Shown in pieces: positions 11,701 through 25,700 of a DNA stretch of 64,000 nucleotides (within the stretch, counting starts at the first letter, position 1; the number at the start of each line of letters is the position of its first letter). The notes beneath the pieces were generated by a model. The model saw only the letters and a list, made by a program, of their open reading frames with translations. It ran no database searches and was not told the origin of the DNA. This DNA comes from the human T2T-CHM13v2.0 reference genome, Homo sapiens, in NCBI RefSeq assembly GCF_009914755.1, contig NC_060930.1, one strand, 5' to 3'. Position numbers and translations under genes: made by a program.

Positions 11701-14700
11701 TCTTTTTCAACATAGGTCTCAATGTGCTCCTAAATGTCACTTCCCAGATGCTACAAAAACATTGTTTCCAAACTGCTGAATTAAAAGAAAGGTTTGACTC
11801 TGCGAGATGAATGCAGACATCACAAATCAGTTTCTCAGATAGCTTCCTTGTAGTTTTTACCCTGGGATATTCCCTTTTTTGCCATTGGCCTCAAAGACCT
11901 CACAAATGTCCATTCGCAGAATGGACAAAAACAGTGTTTCCAAAATGTTGAATGAAATGAAAGGTTTAATGCTGTGAGATGAATGCACACATCACAAAGC
12001 AGTTTATGAGAAAGCTTTTTCTAATTTTCGTCTGAAGATATTTTCTTTTTCACTATAGGGCAAAATATCCCTTCACAGATTCTATGAAAAAAAAAAAAAA
12101 AAAAAAACAGTGTTTCCAAACTGCTGAATGAAAAGAAAGGTTTAACTCTGCCAGATGAATGCACACATCACAAAACCATTTCTCACATAGCTTCCTTGAA
12201 GTTTTTATTCTGGGATATTCACTTTTCTACATTTGGTCTCAAAGAGCTCCCAAATCTTCATTCGCACAAAGGACAAATCAGTGTTTCCAAACTGGGGTAT
12301 CAAAAGAAATATTTAACTCTGTGAGATGAATGCAGACATCACAAAGCAGTTTGTCTGAAAGATTCTTTCTACTTTTTATCTGAAGATATTTTCTTTTTCA
12401 CCATAAGACTCAAGGTGCTCCCCAGTATCCCTTTGCAGATTCTACAAAAAAAGTGTTTCTAAACTGCTGAATAAAAAGAAAGGTTTAACTCTATGAGATG
12501 AAAGCACACATCACAAAGCAGTTTCTAACATAGCTTACTTCTAGTTTTTATCCTGGGATATCTCTTTTTTGCCATTGGCCTCAATCAGCTACCTAATGTA
12601 CATTTGCAGAATGGACAAAAACAGTTTTTCCAAACTGTTGAATCAAACAAAAGGTTTAACTCTGTGAGGTGAATGCACCCATCACAGAGCAGTTTCTCAG
12701 AAAACTTCTTTCTACTTTTTATCTTAAGATACTTTCCCTTTAACCATAAGCCTCAATGAGCTCCCAAATTTCTCTTTGCAGATTCTACAAAAACAGTGTT
12801 TCCAAAGTCCTGAATGAAAAGAAAGGTTTACCTCTGTGAGATGAATGCACACATCACAAAGTGTTTTCTCAGATAGCTTCCTTGAAGGTTTGTGAGACAA
12901 AAACAGTGTTTTGAAACTGCTCTATTGAAAGAAATGATTAAATTGGTGAGATGAATGCACACATCACAAAGCAGTTTCTCAGAAAGCTTCTTTCTAACTT
13001 TTATCTAGATATAATTTCTGTTTCACCATAGGCCTTAATGCACTCCCAAATATTGCTTCCCAGATTCTACAAAAACGGTGTGTCCAAAGTGCTGAATGAA
13101 GAGAAAGGTTTAACTCTGTTAGATGAAAGCACACATCACAAAGCAGTTTCTCATAAAGCTTCTCTCTACTTTTTATCTGATGATAATTTCTTTTTCACCA
13201 TAGGCCTCAATGCACTTCCAAATATCCCTTTGCAGATTCTACAAAAGCAGTGTTTCCAAATGTTGAATGAACAGGAAGGTTTAACTCTGTGAGATGAATG
13301 CACACATCACAAAGCTGCTTCTCAGATAGCCTACTTCTAGTTTTTATCCAGGGATACTCACTTTTTTGCCTTTGGCCTCAAAGAGCTCCTAAATGTACAT
13401 TTGCCGAAAGGACAAAAACAATGTTTCCAATCAGCTGAATCAGAAGAAAAGTTTAACTCTGTTAGATGAAATCACACCTCACAAAGCAGTTTCTCATAAA
13501 GTTTCTTTCTACTTTTTATCTGATGATAATTTCTTTTTCACCATAGGCCTCATTGACTCTGAAATATCCCTCTGCAGATTCTACAGAAGCAGTATTTCCA
13601 AATGTTGAATGAAAAGGAAGCTTTAACTCTGTGAGATGAATGCACACATCACAAAGCTCCTTCTCAGATAGCCTACTTCTAGTTTTTATCCGGGGATATT
13701 CGCTTTTTCGCCTTTGGCCTCAAAGAGCTCCTAAATGTACATTTGCAGAAAGGACAAAAACAATGTTTCCAATCAGCTGAATCAAAACAAAAGATTAACC
13801 CTATGAGATGAATGCACACATAAAAAAGCAGTTTCTCAAAAACCTTCTTTCTACTTTTTATCTGAAGCTAATTTATTTTTCACCACAGGCCTCAATGCAC
13901 TCTGAAATATCCCTTTGCAGATCCCACAAAAACACTGTTTCCAAACTGCTGAATGAAAAGAATGGTTTAACTCTGAAAGGTGAATGTGCACATCACAAAG
14001 TGGTTTCTCAGATAACTTCCTTCTAATTTTTATCCAGGGATATTTCCTTTTTCACCATTGGCCTCAGTGAGCTACCAAATGTTGATTTGCTGAATGGACA
14101 AAAACCGTGTTTCCAAACTGCTGAGTGAAAAGAAAGGCTTAACTCCATGAGATAAATGCAAGCATCATAAAGCTGTTCCTCACAAAGTTTCTCCCAACTT
14201 TTTATATATAGATGTTTTCTTTTTCACCATAAACCTCAATGCACTCTCAAATATCCCTGCAGAGATTTTACGAAAACATGTTTCCAAAAAGCTGAATGAA
14301 AAGAAAGATTCAATTCTGTGAGGTGAATGTGCAAATCACAAAGCAGTTCTTACATAGCTTCCTTATAGTTTTTATGCTGGGATATTTCCTTTTTTGCCAT
14401 TGGTCTCAATGAGCTCCCAAATGTCCATTTGCAAAATGGATAAAAACAGTGTTTCCAAACTGTTGAATCAAAAGAAAAGTTTAACTCTGTGAGATGAATG
14501 CACACATTGCAAAGCAGTTTCTCAGATAGCTTTCTTCTAGTTTTTATCCTGGGATATTCTCTTTTTTGCCTTTGGTCTCAATGAGCTCCTAAATGTCCAT
14601 TTGCAGAATGGGCAAAAACAGTGTTTCCATACTGCTGAATCAAAGGAAATGTTTATATCTGTGAGATGAATACACACATCACAGAGCAGCTTCTCAAAAA

Positions 14701-17700
14701 GCTTCTTTCTACTTTTTATCTCAAGATATTTTATTTTTCTCTATAGGCTTTAATGCACTCCCAAATATTCCTTCACATATTCCACAAAAAGAGTGTTTCC
14801 AAACTGCTGAATGAAAAGAAAGATTTAACTCTGTGAGATGAATCCACACATCACAAAGCAGTCTCTCAGAAAGCTTCTTTCAACTTTTTATCTGATGATA
14901 TCTTCTTTTTTACCATAGGCCTCAGTGCACTCCCAAATATCACATCATAGATTCTACAAAAACAGAGTTTCCAAACTGCTGAATCAAAAGAGAGTTTTAA
15001 CTCTGTGAGGTGAATCAACACTTCACAAAGCAGTTTCTAAAAAGCTTCTTTCAACTTTTTATCTGAAGATATTTTCTTTTTAACCATAAGTATCACTGCA
15101 CTCTGATTTATCCCTTCACGGATTCTACAAAAAGATTGTTTCCAAAATGCTGAGTTAAAACACAGGTTTAAGTTTGCAATATGAATACACACTTCACAAA
15201 GCCATTTCTCAGATAGCTTCCTTCTAGTTTTTATCCTGGGATATTCACTTTTTCACCTTTTTCCTCAATGAGCTCCAAAATGTCCATCCTCCGAATGGAC
15301 AAAAACAGTTTTTTCAAACTACTGAATCAAAGAAAGGTTTAAATCTGTTAGATGAATGCACACATCACAAAGTAGTTTCTCACAAAGCTTCCTTCTTTTT
15401 ATCTGAAGTTATTTTCTTTTTCACCATAGCTTTCAATGTGCTCCCAAATATCCCTTCACAGATTCTAAAAAGACAGTGTTTCCAAACTGCTGAATGTAAA
15501 GAAAGTTTTAAAACTCTGCCAGATGAATGCAAACATTTCCAAGCAGTTTCTCAGACACTTCCTTCTAGTTTTTATCCTGCAATATTCACTTTTTTGCCAA
15601 TTTCCTCAATGAGATCCCAAATATCCTTTCGCAGAATGGACAAAAACAGTTTTTCCAAAATGCTGAATCGAAACAAAGTTTTAACTCTTTGAGTTGAATG
15701 AACATATCACAAAGCAGTTTCTCTGATAGCTTCCTTCTAATTTTTACCCTGGGATAATCACTTTTTCTCCATTCACCCAATAGGCTACCAAATGTCCATT
15801 AGCAGAATAGGCAAAAACAGTGATTCCAAACTGCTGAATCAAAAGAAAGGTTTAACTGTGTGAGAAGAGTGCACACATCACAAAGCGTCTTGTTAGAAAG
15901 CTTCTTTCTAGTTTTCATCTGAAGATATTTTCTTTTTCACCATAGGCCTCCATGCACTCCCAAATATCCCTTCATAGATTCCACAATAACAGTGTATCCA
16001 AATTCCTGAATGAAAAGAAACTTTTAAATCTATGAGATGGATGCACACATCACAAAGCAGTTTCTCAGAGAACTTCCTTCTACTTTTTATCATAGGATTT
16101 TCTCTTTTGCCATTGGCCTCAATGAGCTCCCAAAAGTCCATTTGCAGAATGGGGAAAAACTGTGTTTCTAAACTGTGGAATCAAAATAAAAGTTTAATTC
16201 TGTGAGATGAATGCACACATCACAAAGCAGTTTTTCACAAAGCTTCTTTCTAGTTTTTATCTGAAGATATTTTCTTTTTCACCTTAGGCATCAAAAGACT
16301 CCCAAATATCCCTTCACAGATTTTACAAAAACAGTGTTTCCAATCTGCTGAATGAAAAATAAAGTTTAAATCTGTGAGATAAGTGCATTCATCACAAAGC
16401 GGTTTGTCAGATAGCTTCTTTCTACTTTTTATCCTGGAATGTTTGATTTTTCGCCATTGGCCTCAATGAGCTCCCAAATGTCCATTCACATAATGGACAA
16501 AAAGAGTGTTTCCATACTGCTGAATGAAAAGAAAGTTTTAACTCTGTGAGATGAATGCACAAATCACATGAGAGCTTCACAGAATGCTTCTTTCTAGTTT
16601 TCATCTGTAAATATTTTCTTTTTCACCATAGGCAACACTGCGCTCCCAAATATACCTTCAAAGTTTGCACAAAAACAGTGTTTCCAAACTGCTGAAGGAA
16701 AACAAAGGTTTAACTCTGCAAGATGAATGCACACATCACAAAGCAGTATCTCAGATACCTTCCTGCTAGTTTCTATCCTGGGATATTCGCTATTTTGCTT
16801 TTGGACTCAATGAGCTCCCAAATATCCATTCACAGAAAGGACAAAAACAGTGTTTCCACTCTGCTGAATCAAAGGAAACTTTTATCTCTGTGAGATGAAT
16901 GCCCACATCACAAACCAGTTTCTCAGAAAGTTTCTTTCTAGCTTTTAACTGGAGATAATATCTGCTTCACCATAGGCCTCAATGTGTTTCCAAATATCCC
17001 TTCGCAGATTCCACAAAAACAGTGTTTCCAAACTGCTGAGTAAAAAGAAAGGTTTAACTGTGGGATGAATGCCCACATCACAAAGCAGTTTCTCAGAAAG
17101 GTTCTTTCTAGCTTTTATCTGGAGATAATTTCTGTTTCACCATATGCCTCAATGCACTCCCAAATATCCCTTTGCAGATTCTACAAAAACAGTGTTTCCA
17201 AAAAGGCTGAATGAAATGAAAGCTTTTACTCTGCGAGCTGAATTCATATATTACAAACTGCTTTCTAAGATAGCTTCCTCCTAGTTTTTAACCTGGGATA
17301 TACGCTTTTTCACATTTGGCCTCAATGAGCTCCCAAATGTCTGTTCACTGAAAGGGCAAAACCAGTTTTTCCAAACTGCTATATGAAAAGAAATGTTTAA
17401 ATCTGTTAGATGAATGCACACGTCACAAAGCAGTATCTCAGAAAGCTTCTTTCTACTTTTTATTTGAAGATTTTTTTTGACCATAGGCCTCAATGTGCTC
17501 CCAAATATCCCTGCACAGATTCTACAAAAACAGTGTTTCCAAACTGCTGAATGAAAATAAAGGTTTATCTCTGCTATATGAATGCACACATCACAATTAA
17601 GTTTCTCAGATAGCTTCCTTCTAGTTTTTATCCTGGGATATTCTTTTTTGGCCATCGGCCTCAATGAGCCTCCAAATGTCCATTTGTAGAATGGACAAAA

Positions 17701-20700
17701 GCAGTGTTTCCAAACTGCTGAATCAAAAGAAAGTTTTAACTCTGTTTGATGAATGCACACATCACAAATCAGTTTATCAGAAAGCTTCTTACTAGTTTTT
17801 AACTGGAGATATTTTCTTTTTCAGCACATGCCTCATTGTGCTCCCAAATATCCCTTCACAGATTCTTAAAAAAAATGTATCCAAACTGCTGAATTAAAAG
17901 AATGGTTTAACTAAGCATGATGAATACACACATCACATAGAGGTTTCTCAGATAGCTTCCTTCTAGTTTTTATCTGGGAATATTGGCTTTTTTGCCATTT
18001 GCCTCAATGAGATTCCAAATGTCCATTCACATAATGGACAGAAACAGTGTTTCCAAACTGCTGAATCAAAAGAAAGGTTTTACTATGTGAGATCAATGCA
18101 CACATCACAAAGCAGTTTGTCAGAAAGCTTCTACTTTTTATCTGAAGATATTTTCTTTAACACCATATGCCTCAAAGTGCTCCCAAATATCCCTTCACTG
18201 ATTCTACAAAAACAGTGTATCTAAACTGCTGAATAAAAAGAAAGGTTTAACTCTGTGAGATGAATGCACAAATCACAAGGCAGCATCACAGAATTCTTCG
18301 TTCTAGTTTTCATCTGAAGATATTTTCTTTTTCACCATAGGCAACAGTGCACTCCCCAATATCCTTTTGCAGTTTCTACAAAAACAGTGTTTCCAAACTA
18401 TTGAATGAAAAGAAAGTTTTAAATCTGTGAGTTGAATACACACATCACAAAGTAGTTTCTCAGATAGGTTACTTCTAGTTTTTGTCCTGGGATATTCAGT
18501 TTTCTGCCTTTGGCCTCAAAGAGCTCCCAAATGTCCATTCAGAGAATGGACAAAAACAGTGTTTCCAAACTGCTGAATAAAAAGAAATTTTTAACTCTGT
18601 GAAATGAAAGCAAACAACACAAAGCAGTTTTTCAGAAAGCTTCTTTCTCCTTTTTATCTGAAGATATTTTCTTTTTCACCATGTGCCTCAATGTTTAATG
18701 AAAAGGAGGTTTTATCTCTGTGAGACGAATGCACACTTTACCAAGCGGTTTCTCACATAGCTTCCTTCTAGGTTTTATCCTGGGATATTCTCCTTTTTGC
18801 CATTGGCCTCAATGACCACCCAAATGTCCATTCCCAGAATGGACAAAAACACAGTTTCCAAATGCTGAACCAAAAGAAAGGTTTATGTCTGTGAGATGAA
18901 TGCACATATCACAAAGCAGTTTTTCAGAAAGCTTCCTTCTAGTTTTTACCATGGGATATTTGCTTTTATGCCATTGGCCAAAATGAGCTCCCAAATGTCC
19001 ATTCACAGAATGGGCAAAAACAGTGTTTCCAAACTGCTGAATCAAAAGAAAGTTTTAACTGTGGGAGATGAATGCACACATCAAAAAGAAGCTTCTTGGA
19101 AGGCTTCTTTCTAGTTATCATCTGAAGATATATTTTTTTCACCATAGCCCTCAATGCACTCCCAAATAACATTTCATAGATTCTACAAAAATAGAGTTTC
19201 CAAACTGCTCAATCTAAAGACTGTTTTAACTCTGTGAGATGAATGCAGACATCACAAAGCAGTTTCTAAAAAGCTTCCATCTACTTTTTCTCTGAAGATA
19301 TTTTCTTTTTCCTTAAAGGCCTTGATGTGCTCCCAAATAACCCTTCACAGATTCTCGAAAAACACTGTTTCCAAACAGCTGACTGAAAAGAAAGATTTAA
19401 CTCTGTGAGATGAATGCACATATCACAAAGTAGTTTCTAAGAAATCTTATTTTAGGTTTATCTGGATGTATTTTCTTTTCACCATAGGCCTCAAGGCACT
19501 CCCAAATATCCCTTTGCAGACTCTACAAAAACATGATTTCCAAACTGCAGAATGAAAAAAAAGGTTTAACTCTGTGAGATGAATGCACAAATCACAAAGC
19601 AGTTTCTGAGATATCTTCCTTGAACTTTTTTTAAATCCTGGGATATTATCTTTTTCACTTTTGGCCTCAATGAATTCCCAAATGTCCATTCACAGAATTG
19701 ACAAAAACAGTGTTTTCAAACTACTGAATCAAAGAAAGGTTTAACTCTGGAAGATGACTGCACACATCACAAAGCAGTTTCTCAGAAAGTTTCTTTCTAC
19801 TTTTTATCTGAAGATATTTTCTTTTTCACCATAGGCCTCCATGCACTCCCAAATATACCTTCATAGATTCAACAATAACAGTGTATCCAAACTCCTGAAT
19901 GAAAAGAAACTTTTAACTCTATGAGATGGATACACACATCACCAAGCGGTTTCTCAGAGAGCTTCCTTCTAGGTTTTATCCTGGGATATTCTCTTTTGCC
20001 ATTAGACTAAATGAGCTCCCAAATGTCCATTTGCAGAATGGGCAAAAATTGTGTTTCCAAACTGTGGAATCAAAAGAAAAGTTTAACTCTGTGAGATGAA
20101 TGCACACATCACAAAGCAGTTTTTCAGAAAGCTTCTTACTAGTTTTTATCTGAAGGTATTTTCTTTTTCACCTTAGGCCTCAAAAGACTCCCAAATATCC
20201 CTTTACAGATTCTACAAAAACAGTGTTTCCAATTTGCTGAATGAAAAGTAAGGTTTAAATCTGTGAGATAAGTGTGCTTATCACAAAGCGGTTTGTCAGA
20301 TAACTTCTTTCTACTTTTTATCCTGGAATGTTTGCTTTTTTGCCATTGGCCTCAATGAGCTCTCAAATATCCATTCACATAATGGACAAAAAGAGTGTTT
20401 CCAAACTGCTGAATGAAAAGAACGTTTTAATTCTGCGAGAAGAATGCACAGATCACGTGAGAGCTTCACAGAATGCTTCTTTCTAGTTTTCATCTGTAAA
20501 TATTTTCTTTTTCACTGTAGGTAACACTGCACTCCCAAATATACCTTCACACAAAACATACCTTCATACAAAAACAGTGTTTCCAAACTGCTGAATGAAA
20601 ATAAAGTTTTAAATCTCCGAGATGAATGCACACATCACACCACAGTTTCTCAGATAGCTTAGTTCTAGTTTTTATCCTGGGATATTCACTTTTTTGCCTT

Positions 20701-21547
20701 TGGCCTCAATGAGCTCTCAAAAGTCCATTTGCAGAATGGACAAAAACAGTGTTTCCAAACTGCTGAATAAAAAAAAAGGTTTAACTCTGTGAAATGAATG
20801 CACACAGCACAAAGCAGTTTCTCAGAAACCTTCTTTCTACCTTTTATCTGAAGAAATTTTCTTTTTCATTACAGGCCTCAGTGAGCTCCCAAATATCTCT
20901 TTGCAGATTCTACAAAAAGTGTTTCCAGACTGCTGAATGAAAAGAAAGTTTTATCTCTGTGAGATGAATACACATCACAAAGTAGTTTCTCAGATAGCTT
21001 CCTTCTAATTTTTATCCTGGGAAGTATGCTTTTTCACCATTGGCCTCAATGAACTCCCAAATTTCCATTCACAGAATGGACAAAAACAATGTTTCCAAAG
21101 TGCTGAATCAAAAGAAAGGTTTATTTTGCATGCATCATGAAGCAGTTTCTCAAAAGTTTCTTTCTACTTTTTATTTGAAGATATTTTCTTTTTCAACATA
21201 GGACTCAATGCGCTCCCAAATATCCATTCACAGATTCTATAAATACAGTGTTTCCAAACTTCAGAATGAAAAAATGTGTTAACTCTGTGAGATGAATGCA
21301 GACATCACAAAGAGGTTTCTCAGATAGCTTCCTTCTAGTTTTTATCCTGGGATATTCACTTTTTTGCCATTGGCCCCAATGAGCTCCAAAATGTCCATTC
21401 ACAGAATGGACAAAAAGAGTGTTTCCAAACTGCTGAGTCAAAAGAAATATTTAACTCTGTGAGATGAATGCACACATCACAAAGCAGTTTCTCAAATATT
21501 TCTTTCTAGTTTTTATCTGTAGATATTTTTTTTTCACCTTAGGCTTC
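5787..21547 (-). repeat. Diverged dimeric alpha satellite, - orientation
   Basis: Reverse-complement motifs AAAAACAGTGTTTCCAAACTGCTGAAT..GAGATGAATGCACACATCACAAAGC every ~171 bp. Confidence 0.97.
12087..12107 (+). repeat. A21 homopolymer within an alpha monomer
   Basis: TCTATG(A)21CAGTG replaces the usual TCTAC(A)5CAGTG. Confidence 0.9.
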
Positions 21548-22058
21548 CTCTGAGACCAGCACTTTCTGGCAGACTCTAACCCAATGGCACTAGAGGAATT
21601 AAAGACACACAAAAAAATATAGAGTTGTAAAGTGGGAAATCGTGTGTCTCACAGCCTTTAAAGCTGAAAGTCCTGAATAGAGATTTACACATGTATATGT
21701 TAACAGCAAACTAGTCATTAGCATTGTTTCTGTAGATATTAAATTAACTAAAATTATCCCTTATGGGATATGAATGGATGGGCCAAATTAAAGGAATAGG
21801 TTGGGCTAGTTAACTGTGTCAGGAGCATGTCCTTAAGGCACAAGTTGCTCATGCTATTGTTTGTGGCTTAAGAAAGCCTTTAAACGGTTTTCCACCATGG
21901 ACAGGCCAGGTGTTCCTTGCCCTCATTCTGGTAAACCCACAACCTTCCAGTGTGTGAGTTAGGGTCACAAAGCACATGTCACAGTGTTGCAGAGATTTCA
22001 TTTATGGCCAGTTTGGGGGCCAGTTTATGGACAGATTTTGGAGGGCTTTCTCCCAACC
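21548..22058 (-). mobile_element. MER9 LTR (3' LTR of HERV-K(HML-3)/HERVK9)
   Basis: The minus strand begins GGTTGGGAGAAAGCCCTCCAAAATCTGTCCATAAACTGGCCCCCAAACTGGCCATAAA and ends TTTAATTCCTCTAGTGCCATTGGGTTAGAGTCT..GCTGGTCTCA, matching the recalled MER9 consensus; ~510 bp. A purine-rich tract (AAAGAATGGGGACA on minus) lies immediately upstream. Confidence 0.9.
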
Positions 22059-22762
22059 TGTCCCCATTCTTTGATTTGCAAATTGATAAAAGCAAAGGCA
22101 GCTTTGTCACAGTGAGTTCCTTCTCACAGGAGTCACATCCACAACTACAGACTACACAAAGAAAAACAACATAGATTAAAAGCACAATCATCATTGAAAT
22201 CACAGAGCTTCCAAGTGTTTTTATCCATTTTAATGGGTTACTAGCTGCTAATTTTTCTTCAGCTCCTTTAAGCACTCAGTTTCTGGCATTAATGTGAGGT
22301 GTGCCTGGGATGCTTTAAATGTTTGTTCTTTTAATTTTGGCATATCCAAAAACAAGTTTGTAGAGTGTCCTTATAGATTTTTTTTATCCTTTCCCAAATT
22401 TTGATCTTATTAAGAGCATTTAATAGTTTCCGCAAATCCTTATGTTAAGCTCCCAGTGCGGGCCATATCATTTGAGGTTGAGGTGCCACAATACTGCCAT
22501 GGTTCCAGATAATAGGAAGTTTTGTCGTACTTCTTATCATATCTACCATCTGACCACTTGGTTCAGATCATCTGAACATAGTGTGGCCACGGCACACAGA
22601 CTGAGAGGTGCAATTCAAGCTAAACCTCTCCTTAGGGGAATGATTAATAATGATTCCATAGGAATCATTGTGCAGCACCTCTGCCTGTTCTGCAATGCAA
22701 TCTTCCTAAACAAGTACGTTCATTTTTTCTAACTGGGTCCAATCCTGTTTACAAGTAGGTTT
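22059..22762 (-). pseudogene. env: HERV-K(HML-3) env remnant with stops and frameshifts
   Basis: Minus-strand translation gives SU-like EDCIAEQAEVLHNDSYGIII..PQPQMIWPALG..KIKIW and TM-like KLKEQTFKASQAHL..KLAASNPLKWIKTLGSSVISMMIVLLI (overlapping ORF 21979-22275). Confidence 0.85.
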
Positions 22763-25700
22763 AGATGAATGCACACATCATGCAGCAGTTTCTCAGAAAG
22801 CTACTTTCTAGCTTATATCTGAAGATATTTCTCTTTTCACCATAAGCCTCAATGCACTCCCAAATTTCATTTTGCAGATTCTATAAAAACAGTGTTTCCA
22901 AAGGGCAGAATGAAAAGAAAGGTTTAACTCTACCAGATGAATGAACACATCACAATATGGTTTCTCAGATAGCTTCCTTCTAATTTTTATCGAGGGATAT
23001 TTGCTGTTTTGTCATTGGCCTCAATGAGCTCCAAAATCCCCATTCTGTGAATGGACAAAAACAGTGTTTCCAAACTGCTGAATCAAAAGAAAAGTTTAAC
23101 TCTGTGAGATGAATGCACACATCACAAAACGGTTCCTAAGAAAGCTTCTTTATACTTTCTATCTGAAGATATTTTGTTTTTCAACATAGGCCTCAACATG
23201 CTCCCAAATATCCCTTTGTAGCTTCTATAAAAACAGTTTTTCCAAACTGCTGAAAGAAAAGAAAGGTTTTACTCTGTGAGATTAATGCCCACAACACGAA
23301 GCAGTTTCTCAGATAGCTTCCTTCTAGTTTTTATCATGGGATATTCACTTTTTAGCTATTTGCCTCAATGAGCTCTGAAATGTCCATTCGCAGAATGGAC
23401 AAAAACTGTGTTTCCAAACTGCTGAATCAAAAGAAAGGTTTATGTCTGTGAGGTGAATGCACACATAACAAAGCAGTTTCTCAGAAAACTTCCTTCTAGT
23501 TTTATCTGAAGATATTTTCTTTATCACCATAGGCCTCAAAGTGCTCCCAAATATCCCTTCACAGTTCTACAAAAAAGTGTTTCCAAACTGCTGAAAGATT
23601 AACTCTGTGAGATGAATTCCCACATCACAAATCAGTCTCTCAGAAAGTTTCTTTCTATTTTTATCAGAAGAGATTTTCCTTTTCACCGTAGGTCTCAATG
23701 CGCTCCCAAACATCCCTTTGCAGATTTTACAAAAACAGAGTTTCAAAACTGTTGAATGAAAAGAAAGGTTTAACTCTGCAAGATGAATGCACACATCACA
23801 AAGCATTTTCTCAGACAGCTTCCTTCTGGTTTTAATCTTGGGATATTCGCTTTTCTGCCATTGGCCTCAATAAGCTTCCAAATATCCAGTCACAGAAACA
23901 CAAAAACAGTGATTCCAAACTGCTGAATCAAAAGGAAGGTTTAACTCTGTGAGATGAATGCACACATTTAAAAGCAGTTTCTCAGAAAGCTTCTATCTAC
24001 TTTTTATCTGAAGATATTTTGTTTTTCACCATAGGCCTCAATGCATTCCCAAATATCCATTTGTAGATTCTACAAAAGCAGTGTTTCCAAAAAGCTGAAT
24101 GAAAAGAAAGGTTTAGTTCTGTGAGATGAATGCACACATCACAAAGTGGTTTTCAGATAGCTTCCTTCTTGTTTTTATCCTGGGATATTCTCTTTTTTGC
24201 CATTGGACTCAATGAGCTCCAAAATGTCCACTCACAGAATGTAAAAATACAGTGTTTCCAAGCTGCTGAATCAAAAGAAAGTTTTATCTCTGTGTGATGA
24301 ATGCACACACCTAAAAGCTGTTGCTCAGAAAGCTTCTTTCTAATTTTTACCTGAAGTTATTTTCTTTTTCACCATAGGCCTCAATGCGCTCCCAAATATC
24401 CCTTCACATATTCTACAGAAACAGTGTTTCTGAACTGATGATTGAAAAGATAAGGTTAAATAAGTGAAATGAATGCACACATCACAAAGCAGTATATCAG
24501 ATAGCTTCCTTGTAGTTTTTATCCTTGGATATTCACTTTTTCACCATTGGCCTCAATGAGCTCCCAAATGTCTATTTGCAGAAAGGACAAAAGCAGTGTC
24601 AGCAAACTGCTGAATTGGAAGAAAGCTTTAATGCCTTGAGGTGAATGCAAACATCACAAGGCAGCTTTTCAGAAAGCTTCTTTCTAGTTTTTATCTGAAT
24701 AGATTGTCTTTTTCTCTATAGGCCTCAATGCACTCCCAAATATACCTTCATAGATTCTACAAAAACAGTGATTCCAAACTGCTGAATGAAAACAAAGGTT
24801 TAACTCTGTGAGCTGAATGGACCTATCACCAAGTGGTTTCTCAGATGATTTCTTCCAGTTTTTATCCTGAGATATTCACTTATTCACCATTGGCTTCAAT
24901 GAGCTCCCAAACCTAATGCACAATGGACAAAAACAGTGTTTCAAAACTGGTGAATCAAAAGAAAGGTACTATAAGAACAGTGTTTCCAAACTGGTGAATG
25001 AAAAGAAAGGTTTAACTCTGCCAGAAGAATGAGCACATCACAAAGGTTTTTCTCAGATAGATTCTTTCTAGTTTTTGTCTAGGGATATTTGCTTTTTTGC
25101 CAATGGCCTAAGTGAGCTCCAAAATATCCATTTGCAGAAAGGACAAAATCAATGTTTCCAAACTGCTGAATCTAAAGAAAGGTTTAGCTCTATGAGATGA
25201 AGGCACACATCACAAAGCAGTTTCTAAGAAATCTTCTTTCTAGTTTTTATCCGGGGTTTTTCTCTTTTTCGCCATTGGCCTCAAAGAGCTCCCAAATGTC
25301 CATTTGCAGAATGGACAAAAACAGTGATTCCAAACTTCTGAATCAAAAGAAAGGTTTAACTCTGTGAGATGAATGCACACATCTAAAAGCAGTTTCTCAG
25401 AAAGCTTCTATCTGCTTTTTATCTGAAGATATTTCTTTTTCACCTTAGGCCTCAATGCGCTCCCAAATATCCTTTCACAAATTCTACAAAAACAGTGTTT
25501 CCAAACTACTGAATGAAAAGAATGGTTAACTTGTGTGAGATGAATGCACACATCAGAAAGCAGATTCTCATATTGCTTCCTTCTAGTTATTAATCTGTGA
25601 TGTTTGCTTGTCCACCATTGGCCTCAATGAGCTTCCTAATATCCATTCACAGAATGGACAAAAGCGGTGTTTTCAAAATGCTGAATCAAAAGAAAGGATT

